Shown in pieces: positions 51,242-60,985 of a stretch of 64,000 nt of DNA; the first letter of the stretch is position 1; the number at the start of each line of letters is the position of its first letter. The notes beneath the pieces are model-generated. The model worked only from the letters and a program-made list of their open reading frames with translations, was not told the DNA's origin and ran no database searches. Source of the DNA: an uncultured Gemmatimonadales bacterium (lineage in GTDB: Bacteria; Gemmatimonadota; Gemmatimonadetes; Longimicrobiales; RSA9); contig OY970192.1 of NCBI GenBank assembly GCA_963708135.1, positions 4,576,001 to 4,640,000 on the forward strand, given 5' to 3'. The position numbers and the translations under genes were made by a program.

Positions 51242-51297
51242 CTTCGGTCAGCTCCCCGACGGAGCGATTCCCCCTGCCGACCACGGGCCCGCCCTCG

Positions 51298-52719
51298 ATG
51301 GCGAACCAGATTCTCGAAAGGATTGCGCGTCCCGCGACCGCGCGAGGGCGCGCGCGCGCACTCGCCGCGCTGCTGCTCGCCGGCGCCTCGTGCGGCGGGC
51401 GGCCCACCTCGCCCGCGCCCGAGGAAGGATCCGGGATCGCAAGGCCGATCGACGCCTACCGCCAGCTCGGGATGCTCACCGGCGGAGCCGATTTCCCGGG
51501 CGTGGCCAGCTTCTCCATGCTGGCCGGCCCCGCGGACTCGACCTACGTGGTCCTCGGGCTCTCGCTGCCCAACACCGCGCTGCGCTTCCAGCGGGACCGC
51601 GACGGATTCGTGGGCGAGTACGCCGTCGCCGTGACGTTCTCGCGCGATACGCAGGTCGTGAAGCGAGTGGAGCGGCGCGAGGCGGTGCGCATTCCGACGT
51701 TCTCCGAGACCGGCCGCACGGAGGAGAGCGTGGTGTTCCAGCAGATCGTCGCTCTCGAGCCGGGGCGCTATACGGTCGAGGTGCGCGTGCGCGACGGCTT
51801 CAGCCCGCGGGGCTTCACGGCCCACGACACCCTCGCCGTGCCCGCCTATGGCGCGCACGCGGCAAGGCTCGCCGCGGCGGTGGTCTACCAGGCGGAGGGG
51901 CGCCGCTCCCGGGACAGCATCCCCGAGCTGATCCTGAATCCGCGCCACGTGGTTCCGTTCGGCAGCGCCGCGCCGGGCGTTTACCTGGAGGGTTACGGCG
52001 TGCCCGCCGACACCGTCCTGCCGGTGCGGGTTGTGGACGGCTCCGGAAGGGTGGTCTGGGCGGGGAGCGCATCGCTGGACGCCGGCGGCGCTGCGCTGCG
52101 CCACGCGCTCGTCCGCGTGCCGCCCGACTCGCTGCCCCTCGGGAAGCTGTGGGTGGAGCTCGGCGCCGCGGCCGGCCCGCCCGTTCCCGCGGATGCGGAC
52201 GCGCGCGGGTCGGCCGGCCGAGAGCCGCTGCTGGTCTCCGTGTCCGAACAGTGGATGGTGGCCAACTTCGACGACATGCTGCAGTTCCTCCGCTACATCG
52301 CGCGGCCCGCGGAGCTGGACTCGCTGCGTCACGCGAGCGGGGCCGAGCGGCGCGAGCTCTGGGACGACTTCTGGGCCCGCCGCGACCCGATCCCGGCGAC
52401 GCCGGAGAACGAGTACCGGGATGCGTTCTTCGACCGCGTAAAGGTGGCCACGGAGCAGCTCGCGGAGCCGGCCGTCCCGGGCTGGCGGACGGACCGCGGG
52501 CGCGTCTACATCGTGCTCGGCCCGCCCGACGACGTCCACCGTCAGGAGGGCTCCGTGCCAGGCGGCGCCGCCGTGATCGAGTGGCTCTATGCCGGCGGCG
52601 CGGTGGGTCATGTGAACCTGACCTTCCTCGATCGCGACGGCTTCGGCCGCTTCAGGCTGGAGCCCGCCTCGGAGTCGGCGTTCCGCCAGGCCGCCGCGCG
52701 CCTCACGCCGAAGCATTGA
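51298..52719 (+). CDS. GWxTD domain-containing (lipo)protein
   Basis: FW..RDP.P.TPENE...F..RV, PGWRTDRGRVYI.LGPP; lipobox-like GASC. Confidence 0.85.
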   Translation: MANQILERIARPATARGRARALAALLLAGASCGGRPTSPAPEEGSGIARPIDAYRQLGMLTGGADFPGVASFSMLAGPADSTYVVLGLSLPNTALRFQRDRDGFVGEYAVAVTFSRDTQVVKRVERREAVRIPTFSETGRTEESVVFQQIVALEPGRYTVEVRVRDGFSPRGFTAHDTLAVPAYGAHAARLAAAVVYQAEGRRSRDSIPELILNPRHVVPFGSAAPGVYLEGYGVPADTVLPVRVVDGSGRVVWAGSASLDAGGAALRHALVRVPPDSLPLGKLWVELGAAAGPPVPADADARGSAGREPLLVSVSEQWMVANFDDMLQFLRYIARPAELDSLRHASGAERRELWDDFWARRDPIPATPENEYRDAFFDRVKVATEQLAEPAVPGWRTDRGRVYIVLGPPDDVHRQEGSVPGGAAVIEWLYAGGAVGHVNLTFLDRDGFGRFRLEPASESAFRQAAARLTPKH

Positions 52720-52822
52720 GAGCGCGCCGGCGCGGGCGCGCTCGTTGCGGAACGGCTCGACGGGACCCGTGCGCCAGAGCCCCGGGTAGGACCCTCCAGG
52801 ATTCCTCCGAACCGGATCTGGA

Positions 52823-55199
52823 ATGGTAGCGAAGTACGTCGGACTCCTCGTCCTGTTCGCGGCCGCCGCCGTCGCGCCGGCCGTGCTCCGTGTCCCGGAT
52901 CGGCCGGCCGCGAACGCCGCCGCCTCGCCTCCTGACGTACCGCGCGAGGCGCTCGAGGCCATGCAGCAGGGGCGCTACCTGCGCGCGAGCACGATCCTGC
53001 GGAGCTACCTGGCCGAGGTTCGCGACACCGCGCCGCGAACCGTCCTGCTGGCGGCCCGCGCGGAGGCCGGCTGGGGCAACTGGTCGCGCGTCTCCACGCT
53101 GCTCGACGGGCGCGGCTGGCTCGACTCGATCGAGAGCGGGGCCGGCTGGAACCTGCTCGGCCGCAGCCGCATCGCGCAGGGACAGTACACGGAGGGCAGC
53201 CGCGCGCTCGAACGCTACCTGCGCCTGGCCACGGCGGCGGGAGACCGCGAGCGCGGGATCGCGCAGGTCCGCCGCGGCCGCGCGCTGCAGCAGGCGGGTG
53301 AGGAGAAGGCGGCTCTGGAGGCGTACAGGGCCGCCGCCGGGAACCTGCCGCAGATCGGCGACTGGCTCTCGTTCCTCTCCGCCGAGGCGGCGGCCGGGGC
53401 GGGCGACACCGCCGCCGTGCGAGCCGGCCTCGCCGGGCTGCCGCCCGCGCTCTCGCGCGACCGTGGCTGGAGCATGCGCGTGGCCGCCCTCGACAAGGCG
53501 GGCGATACGCACGCGGCGCTCGAGGCGGCGCTCACCGCCGCCAACGAGGTGTCCGGCGCCTGGCGCCGCGCAGAGGCCTGGGAACGGGCCGGCGAGCTGC
53601 GCCTCGAGAGCGGCGACAGGACCGGAGCCCGCGAGGACTTCCGCCGCGCCATGGCGGCCGCGCCGCACGGCGATGCCGCCATCGACGCCGCCCGCCACCT
53701 CACCGACCTGCCGGGCCTCACACCGCAGGACCAGCTGGCGATCGGCCGGATCTACCTGCGTGCCGGCAACCTGGAGCGAGGCACCCGCGGGCTGGACGCC
53801 TACATGGCGTCCGGCGAGGCATCGGCCGCCGAGCGGCTCCGCATCCGCTACGACATCGCCGAGGCGCTCTTCCGCGCGGGACGCTACTCCCAGGCGGCGA
53901 GCGCGCTCCGCAAGGTGGCCGCAAGCACCAGCTCCGCCGCCACCGCGTCGGAGGCGCTCTACGACGCCGCACGCGCCGAGTACCGGCTCGGCCACACGAG
54001 CACCGCCCGTACGCAGCTCCGGCGCCTCGGCGAGCGCTATCGCGGGCGAGCGGCGGGCGTGCGCGCCTTGTGGCTGCTCGCCGACCTCGACCACGACGCC
54101 GGTCGCACGGCCGACGCCCGCGCGCTCTACCTTGCCGTCGTCCGCTCCGGCCTGGCCACGGACGAGGTGGGCAAGGCGTACATGCGCCTCGGCAGCCTGG
54201 CGTACCTTGCCGGCGACATGAAGGAGGCCGCCCGCATCTACGAGCAGTACCGGCACCGCTTCCCCAGCGGAGAGCGCGTCGAACGAGGCGACGTACTGGG
54301 CCGGCAAGGCCTACAGGCAGATGGGCCGGGACTCCCTCGCCCGCGCGCGCCTCGAGTCGCTGCGCCGCGACGGCTCCCTGTCCTACTACGGCGCGCGCGC
54401 CGCGGCGCTGCTCGACGAGCCGTTCTGGAGCATCCACCTCGAGCCGTCGCCTCCCGTCGATCCCGCGGTCGACGACCGCGTCGCCCATGGGCTGGACCGC
54501 GTGGACCTGCTGCAGGAGCTCGGGCTCTCCAGCGCCGCCGACTACGAGGTCGCGCGCCTGAAGGAGCACTTCACCACACCGGACGGCGCGCGCTACGCGC
54601 TCGCGGAGGCGCTGAACGAGCGCGGCTACACCGTGGACGGCATCCGGCTCGGTTGGGACATCCGCCGCCGCGAAGGTGCATGGAACGCACGGCTGCTCCG
54701 CATCATCTATCCCTTCCCCTACCGCGATATCGTGCTCGCCGAGGCACGCGAACGGAAGCTCGACCCCTACCTCGTGGCGGGCCTCATCCGGCAGGAGTCG
54801 CAGTTCAAGGCGGACGCCGTGAGCTCGGCCGGCGCCGTCGGCCTCATGCAGGTCATGCCCGGGACCGGCGGCCTCCTCGCCCGCCAGATGGGGATCCACC
54901 GATTCGACGCCGACATGCTCGAGCGCGCCGAGGTCAACCTCCACCTGGGCACCGCGTTCCTGGCCGACCTGCTCGACACCTACGGCGGCGACGTCCCCGC
55001 CGTGCTCGCCGCCTACAATGCGGGACCCAGCCGCATCGACCGCTGGAAGCAGTTCCCCGAATACCGCGATCCCGAGCTCTTCACGGAGCGGATCCCCTAC
55101 GACGAGACCCGCAACTACGTCAAGATCGTCCAGCGGAACGCCCGGATCTACGCCGCCCTCTACGAGAACCCGGCCGGCGGCGAGCGGAAGGGCGAATAG
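52823..55199 (+). pseudogene. TPR-containing soluble lytic transglycosylase, split by a +1 frameshift near 54278 (true lesion or sequence error)
   Basis: TPR frame ends ..FPSGER; next frame reads SNEATYWAGKAY..YYG..IRQES.F..GLMQ..AYNAG..ETRNYV. Confidence 0.8.
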
Positions 55200-55201
55200 A
55201 G

Positions 55202-55822
55202 GTGCCGCAGACCGACGAGGCACTACCACCCCGCAGCCTGGTCCTCCTCCAACAGGAGCTCGCCCGCAAGGGCATCCACATCGCCTTCTGCACCGGCGCC
55301 GCCACCGTCGTCTGGCTCGCGCCCCTCCATGCCTGTCGGATCGCCTTCTGCGCGGCCGCCGCACTCGCGATCACCATCGACCTCGCGCGCCTGCGATCCC
55401 CCGGCCTGCACCGCTTCATGAGCCGGCTCTTCCACCCGCTCCTGCGCGTTCGCGAGAGCGGCCGGGTCACCGGCGCCACCATGCTCGCCATCGGCATTGC
55501 CCTGGCCGTCCTCCTCTTCCCCCGCGCCTTCGCCGTGGCCGGACTCCTCTACGCCGGGCTCGCCGATTCCGCCGGCGCGCTCGTCGGCCGCGCCTTCGGC
55601 CGCCATCCCTTTCCGGGAGGCAGGACCGCGGAGGGCAGCCTGGCCTTCCTGCTGGCCGCCATCCTCGCCGGCTGGCTCATTCCCGGCGTTGCCCTCCCGG
55701 CCGCCGTCCTCGCTGCGCTCCCCGTCACGCTCCTCGAAGCCGCGCCCCTGCCGCTGGACGACAACCTCTTCATTCCCGTGGCGGGCGCGGCCGCGGTCCT
55801 GCTCGCCGCTTCCCTGCCGTAG
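55202..55822 (+). CDS. CTP-dependent lipid kinase/phosphatidate cytidylyltransferase-like membrane protein (dolichol/phytol kinase family)
   Basis: E.ARK.IH, AD..ALVG..FG, GRT.EGS, DDNL.IP; GTG 2 nt after the slt stop. Confidence 0.75.
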   Translation: MPQTDEALPPRSLVLLQQELARKGIHIAFCTGAATVVWLAPLHACRIAFCAAAALAITIDLARLRSPGLHRFMSRLFHPLLRVRESGRVTGATMLAIGIALAVLLFPRAFAVAGLLYAGLADSAGALVGRAFGRHPFPGGRTAEGSLAFLLAAILAGWLIPGVALPAAVLAALPVTLLEAAPLPLDDNLFIPVAGAAAVLLAASLP

Positions 55823-55979
55823 CGCCCGCCTCCAGTCCGGAATTTATGGCATCTTTTTCCGCCCCTGCGGCGGTACTTGAACAGGCGTGCGGGCCGGAAC
55901 GGTGCAACGGCGCGGGTAACGGCGGCTGGAGCGGTGGCGGTCGCGGTACCGTTTCCCGCGGAAACAAACAAAATTTTCC

Positions 55980-56009
55980 TTGACACCCTCGCGCGCCCGT
56001 TCGTAAGCT
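55980..56009 (+). promoter_or_regulatory. Sigma70 promoter of cold-shock gene with AT-rich upstream element
   Basis: TTGACA-N18-TAAGCT preceded by AAACAAACAAAATTTT. Confidence 0.65.
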
Positions 56010-56059
56010 GTGGCTGGCGTTCCAGCCACAGCGAGAACCCTTCGTAGGAGGCAGCTTCG

Positions 56060-56260
56060 ATGGCCAGAGGGAAGATCAAGTGGTTCAATGATGCCAAGGG
56101 GTACGGCTTCATTGAGCAGTCGGAGGGCGAGGACGTGTTCGTCCACTTCTCCGCGATCGCGATGGAGGGCTTCAAGACCCTCGCCGAGGGCGAAGAGGTG
56201 GAGTTCGAGGTTCGCCAGACGGACAAGGGCCTGCAGGCGGCGAACGTGATGCGCGTCTAG
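56060..56260 (+). CDS. cspA: Cold-shock protein
   Basis: [25 protein letters not shown]. Confidence 0.95.
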   Translation: MARGKIKWFNDAKGYGFIEQSEGEDVFVHFSAIAMEGFKTLAEGEEVEFEVRQTDKGLQAANVMRV

Positions 56261-56288
56261 CCAGCCTTCGGCCATCGAGCTGAACGCG

Positions 56289-56326
56289 GGCGCCCCGTTC
56301 CTAGAGAGGACGGGGCGCCTTGTTGT
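56289..56326 (+). terminator. Intrinsic terminator after csp
   Basis: GGCGCCCCGTTCCT-AGAG-AGGACGGGGCGCC followed by TTGTTGT. Confidence 0.65.
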
Positions 56327-56348
56327 GAGATATTCTTGCCGGCGGTGC

Positions 56349-56377
56349 TTGCTGTATTCCATGGTGTATCCTATCTT
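56349..56377 (+). promoter_or_regulatory. Sigma70-like promoter for susC
   Basis: TTGCTG-N17-TATCTT. Confidence 0.5.
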
Positions 56378-56592
56378 CCCTTGGCGATCCCGGTGCTCCG
56401 GCCTCTTTCCTTCTCTAGACATCGCCGCTGGCGACGCATTTGTTCGAGCCTCCGGCGCATGGGCGGCGCTCCCGTGCACGGCGCCCGCCCGTCCCAGGTC
56501 GAGATCATGTCCCCCGTTCCTGGATGGCCGGACCCGCGGCCTCCGTCGAGACCCCCGATTGAGCTGGACACTTCATCCACAGGAGCTTTTTC

Positions 56593-59500
56593 ATGCGCGA
56601 TAACCTACGTGAGCGGTCCCGTCGAGGCGCGCAGCTCGCCGCGTGCGTGGCGGTGGCGCTCGTGCTTCTGGCGCCGCGAGCCGGCGCCGCGAACGCGCGC
56701 GCTCGCTCGGTAGCCGGCTCGTCCGCGGTGCAGCAGAGCGCCACGATCGTCGGGCAGGTCATCGACTCGACCTCGGCCACGCCGTTGGCGGGCGTGTCGG
56801 TGGTGGTGGAGGGCACGGATCTCGGTGCGCTGACGGACGGCGCTGGGCGTTACCACATTGCCGGCGTCCCCGCGGGGGCGTACACGCTGGCGGCGCAGCG
56901 GCTGGGATACGCGACGCAGCGGCGGGCGGTCAGGGTCCCTGCCGAGGGCGTGCTGACGGTCGACTTCGCGCTGGTGACCTCTGCGACGATGCTGAACGAA
57001 ATCATTGTGACGGGGACGCCCGGCGGGCAGGCGCGGCGCGAGCTGGGAAACTCGGTCGGCGTGGTGAACGCGACCGCCGAGCTCTCGAAGTCGGAGGCGC
57101 CGGACCTGGGATCGCTGCTCAACTCGCGCGTGGCGGGGGTGAGCATTTCGCCGAACACGGGGCGTCTGGGGGCCGGCCCGAACATCAACATCCGCGGGGT
57201 GTCGAGCCTGAGCCTCGACAACAATCCGCTCATCTACATCGACGGCGTGCGGGTGAGCAACAGCACGGGCAGCGGCGCGACGAGGTTCGGCAACGGCGGC
57301 TACGGTGCTCAGAACGCCGGCGTGGTGGGGCGGCTGAACGACATCAATCCGGAGGAGATCGAGAGCATCCAGATCATCAAGGGGCCGGCCGCCGCGACGA
57401 TCTACGGCACCGAGGCGGCCAACGGCGTCATCCAGATCCTCACGAAGAAGGGGTCATCCGGCAAGCCGGTGCTGAACGTCCAGGTGCAGCAGGGCGCCAT
57501 CTACTTCCGGAACCCCGAAGGCCGCATCGAGACCAACTACGTGCCGGATGCCACGGGCGCGCTCGTCCCGTTCAACGCCATTCAGGCGGAGGCCGCGGCG
57601 GGAACACCGGTGTTCACCACGGGGAAGGCCAATCAGTACAACGCCTCACTCTCCGGCGGGCTCGGCACGGGGCGCTACTTCCTGTCGGCCAACTACGAGG
57701 ACGACCACGGGATCGAGCCGAACAACTCGATCACCCAGTTCGGCGCACACGCGAACGTGAATCTGACGCCGAATCAGCATTTCGATCTGGGGACCAGCCT
57801 CAACTTCGTGCAGGGCACCTATCACACGGGCGTGGACGTCGGCGTCTCGGCGCTGCTCGGCGCGCAGCTGGCCCATCCGCTCGTGTTCGCCGTCCCGGGC
57901 GCCGAGGGCTTCTATCCGAACGTGCCGCCAGCGGTCCCGCAGACCCTGTACGACAACAGCGACGACATCCACCGGTTCACCGGCAGCGCCACGCTGAATC
58001 ATCATCCGGTGGACTGGTTCACGCAGCGGCTGATCGTCGGCCTGGACTACACAGGCGAGGATGGCAGGGGGCTCGAGCGGTTCGCGCCGCCGGATCTCGC
58101 GCCGTTCACCCTGGGCAATGCGGCGGGCCGGATTGGCCAGACGCTCACCACGACCGTTCTCACCACGGCCGACTACAACGGCACGGTGAAGGTGAACCTC
58201 ACGCCGTCCATCGTCTCGTCGTCTTCGGTCGGGGGGCAGTGGTACCGCACGTCGCTCGCCACGAGCTTTCTCGGCGGCATCGGATTTCCGGGGCCGGGCA
58301 TCACGACGGTCTCCGGCGCGGCGACGGCGCTGCCGTCGACGCAGAGCGACATCCTCAACACCACGATCGGCGGCTACGCCCAGCAGGAGCTCGGCTTCCG
58401 CGACCGGCTGTTCCTGACGGGCGCGCTGCGCGTCGACAACAACAGCGCGTTCGGCTCCTCGTTCAAGTGGATCACCTATCCCAAGGTGAGCGCCTCGTGG
58501 ATCGTGAGCGATGAGCCGTTCTGGAGTCTGGACTTCGTCAACTCGCTGAAGCTGCGCGCGGCGTATGGCGAATCGGGGCGCGCGCCCCTCGCCTACTCGG
58601 CCCTGCGCGCCTACACCCCCGTGCAGGGACCCGGCGGCAGCAACGCGTTCACGGCGGGATCGTTCGGCAATCCCGACCTGAGGCCGGAGCGCGGCAAGGA
58701 GGTCGAGGCCGGGTTCGACGCGGATCTGCTGAACCGGCTGAATGTCGGCTTCACCTACTACAGCAAGCGCACGACCGATGAGATCGTGGCGCAGTCGGTG
58801 GCGCCCTCGACCGGCTTCACCGGCACGCAGTATCAGAACCTTGGACAGGTGAACGCCCACGGCATCGAGCTGCAGGCGCGGCTGCAGGCGCTCAGGATGC
58901 GGAACCTCGGATGGGAGATCACCGGGAACTTCGCGACCGCCCACAACGAGATCATCAGCCTGGGCGGCCTTCCCTCGCTGCTGGCCACGGCCGGGCAGGC
59001 GAACCAGGTGGGCTACCCGATCGAATCGTACTTCTCGCGGCGCGTCGTCTCCGCGACGCAGGATCCGTTCACCGGCGCCGTGTCCGACGTGTTGTGCGAC
59101 GGCGGTGCAGGCAGCGCCCCCGTGGCCTGCGCATCCGCGCCGTTCGTCTATATCGGACCGGCGACGCCCACCACCACGGGATCGATCGGGAACACGCTGA
59201 CGCTGTTCGGCCGGCTCCGCCTGTACGCGCTGGTGGACTGGAAGCGCGGCAACCTGCTCCAGAATGACATCGATCAGATCCGGTGCCAGGGGCTGCTCGG
59301 GATCGGGCTGTGCGACGTGAACTACAACCCGGTCGACTACTCTCCGCGGTACGTGGCCGAAGCGAACGTCCTGGCCTACGTGCGCCAGATGGACGACCAG
59401 TTCTTCCAGGATGCGTCGTTCGTGAAGCTGCGCGAGCTCTCGGCGACGTACACGCTGCCGGACCGCCTGGTGCCGGGGGTCCAGCACGCCTCGCTCACGG

Positions 59501-59646
59501 TGGCAGGGCGCGAGCTCGCGCTGTGGACCAGTTACAAGGGGCCGGACCCGGAGGTGAACGCGAACCCGACCGGGCTGGTGGCGGCCGACCAGGCCGTGAT
59601 CCCGCCACTGAGCCGCTTCCTCGTCACCCTCAACCTGAGCTTCTGA
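56593..59646 (+). CDS. SusC/RagA-family TonB-dependent outer-membrane transporter
   Basis: CarboxypepD-like N-domain, IIVTG TonB box, IRG.SS...PLIYIDGV, DINPEEIESI..KGPAAATIYG..AANGVI.I.TKKG, GNPDL.PE, FVKLRE, terminal F. Confidence 0.93.
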   Translation: MRDNLRERSRRGAQLAACVAVALVLLAPRAGAANARARSVAGSSAVQQSATIVGQVIDSTSATPLAGVSVVVEGTDLGALTDGAGRYHIAGVPAGAYTLAAQRLGYATQRRAVRVPAEGVLTVDFALVTSATMLNEIIVTGTPGGQARRELGNSVGVVNATAELSKSEAPDLGSLLNSRVAGVSISPNTGRLGAGPNINIRGVSSLSLDNNPLIYIDGVRVSNSTGSGATRFGNGGYGAQNAGVVGRLNDINPEEIESIQIIKGPAAATIYGTEAANGVIQILTKKGSSGKPVLNVQVQQGAIYFRNPEGRIETNYVPDATGALVPFNAIQAEAAAGTPVFTTGKANQYNASLSGGLGTGRYFLSANYEDDHGIEPNNSITQFGAHANVNLTPNQHFDLGTSLNFVQGTYHTGVDVGVSALLGAQLAHPLVFAVPGAEGFYPNVPPAVPQTLYDNSDDIHRFTGSATLNHHPVDWFTQRLIVGLDYTGEDGRGLERFAPPDLAPFTLGNAAGRIGQTLTTTVLTTADYNGTVKVNLTPSIVSSSSVGGQWYRTSLATSFLGGIGFPGPGITTVSGAATALPSTQSDILNTTIGGYAQQELGFRDRLFLTGALRVDNNSAFGSSFKWITYPKVSASWIVSDEPFWSLDFVNSLKLRAAYGESGRAPLAYSALRAYTPVQGPGGSNAFTAGSFGNPDLRPERGKEVEAGFDADLLNRLNVGFTYYSKRTTDEIVAQSVAPSTGFTGTQYQNLGQVNAHGIELQARLQALRMRNLGWEITGNFATAHNEIISLGGLPSLLATAGQANQVGYPIESYFSRRVVSATQDPFTGAVSDVLCDGGAGSAPVACASAPFVYIGPATPTTTGSIGNTLTLFGRLRLYALVDWKRGNLLQNDIDQIRCQGLLGIGLCDVNYNPVDYSPRYVAEANVLAYVRQMDDQFFQDASFVKLRELSATYTLPDRLVPGVQHASLTVAGRELALWTSYKGPDPEVNANPTGLVAADQAVIPPLSRFLVTLNLSF

Positions 59647-59648
59647 TC

Positions 59649-60980
59649 ATGCGAAACTCACACGGAAAGAGCGACGAGTCGGCCGTACGGGGCGGGCGGC
59701 GCGCAGGCGGGCGGCTGCTCCCGGCCGGCGTTGCCATCGCCGCGCTGTCACTGGCGATGGTAGTGACCGGTTGCAAGGACATCACGACGCTGGAGCAGAC
59801 CAACCCCGGGCAGCTCGGCCCCGATGTCTTCGCGCCCGTGAACGCCGACCTCATCGTCAACAGCTCACGCGCGGACTTCGAGTGCGCGTACAACGAGTAC
59901 ATCGTGGCCACCGGCACGTTCGTGGACGAGCTGGCGAACGCGATCTCGCAGACCAACAACTTCGACCTCGATCGCCGCACCCTCACGCCCGCTTCCCCGG
60001 TGGGAACGAGCACCTGCAACGCGCAGCAGTACGCCGGCGTGTACACGCCGCTGTCCGTGGCGCGCGCATCGAACGACGTCGCGGTGGCGCATCTGCAGGG
60101 ATGGACGGATGCGGAGGTTCCCGACCGCGACCACCTGATCGCCCGGGCCTCGACCTACGCCGGCTACAGCCTGATGTTGCTCGGCGAGGGGATGTGCTCC
60201 GCGGCGCTCGACCTCGGCCCGGAGATCCTTCCGCCGCAGCTCTTCGCGGACGCGGTGGTCCGCTTCGACACGGCCGTGGCCGCGGCGACCCGCGCGGGCG
60301 ACGACGAGACGCTCCATCTCGCCCTGCTCGGCCGCGCACGGACGAAGCTCGATCTCGGCAATTCCGCCGCGGCCGCCGCCGATGCGGCCCTGATTCCGGC
60401 CGGTTTCGAAGTCGACATCGATCACGATGCGACGGCGACCCGACGGCAGAACCTGGTCTACATCCAGACCCTGCAGTCGGCGTTCGCGTCCGTGGACACC
60501 TCGATCCAGAACAGGTACGCCATGACGCCGCAGGACCCGCGCATCGCGACGGCCTCGACGGGCCTGCTCGGCTCCGATGGCGCGACGATGATCTGGTATG
60601 CGGTGAAGGACGCTGACGCCACTTCGCCGCAGGCGCTCGCGAAGTACTCGGAGGCGCAGCTGATCATCGCGGAGAACGACGTGAACACCGGGAACCTCAC
60701 GGCGGCCGTGGGAATCATCAACGACCTGCGGGCGGCGGCGGGCCAGCCCGCGTTCAACCCTCCGTCGGTGACGGCTCCGGTGGTCATGGCGGAGATCGTC
60801 GAGCAGCGGCGCCGCGAGTTCTTCCTCGAGGGACACCGGCTCGGAGACATCCGGCGCCTCGGCCTTCCGCTGAGCCCCGCCACCGGCGCGCCGTACGTGT
60901 CCGGCGGCACGTACTCCGACCAGTCGTGCTTCCCGCTTCCGAACGTGGAGCGGATCAACAACCCGAACCTTTCATCGTGA
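59649..60980 (+). CDS. SusD/RagB-family surface lipoprotein
   Basis: Lipobox VTGC, YSEAQLI.AE, IN.LR, RRREFFLEGHRL.D.RR, FPLP..E...NPN. Confidence 0.9.
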   Translation: MRNSHGKSDESAVRGGRRAGGRLLPAGVAIAALSLAMVVTGCKDITTLEQTNPGQLGPDVFAPVNADLIVNSSRADFECAYNEYIVATGTFVDELANAISQTNNFDLDRRTLTPASPVGTSTCNAQQYAGVYTPLSVARASNDVAVAHLQGWTDAEVPDRDHLIARASTYAGYSLMLLGEGMCSAALDLGPEILPPQLFADAVVRFDTAVAAATRAGDDETLHLALLGRARTKLDLGNSAAAAADAALIPAGFEVDIDHDATATRRQNLVYIQTLQSAFASVDTSIQNRYAMTPQDPRIATASTGLLGSDGATMIWYAVKDADATSPQALAKYSEAQLIIAENDVNTGNLTAAVGIINDLRAAAGQPAFNPPSVTAPVVMAEIVEQRRREFFLEGHRLGDIRRLGLPLSPATGAPYVSGGTYSDQSCFPLPNVERINNPNLSS

Positions 60981-60985
60981 CGTTC

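Noticed and set aside
52823..55822. 999-aa TPR-kinase fusion ORF in the track
   Set aside because: Artefact of a frameshift; the middle ~300 aa are out-of-frame read-through of the SLT domain
56378..56592. Cobalamin/TPP riboswitch in the ~210-nt susC leader
   Set aside because: No consensus boxes recognised by eye; an Infernal scan is needed to exclude fully
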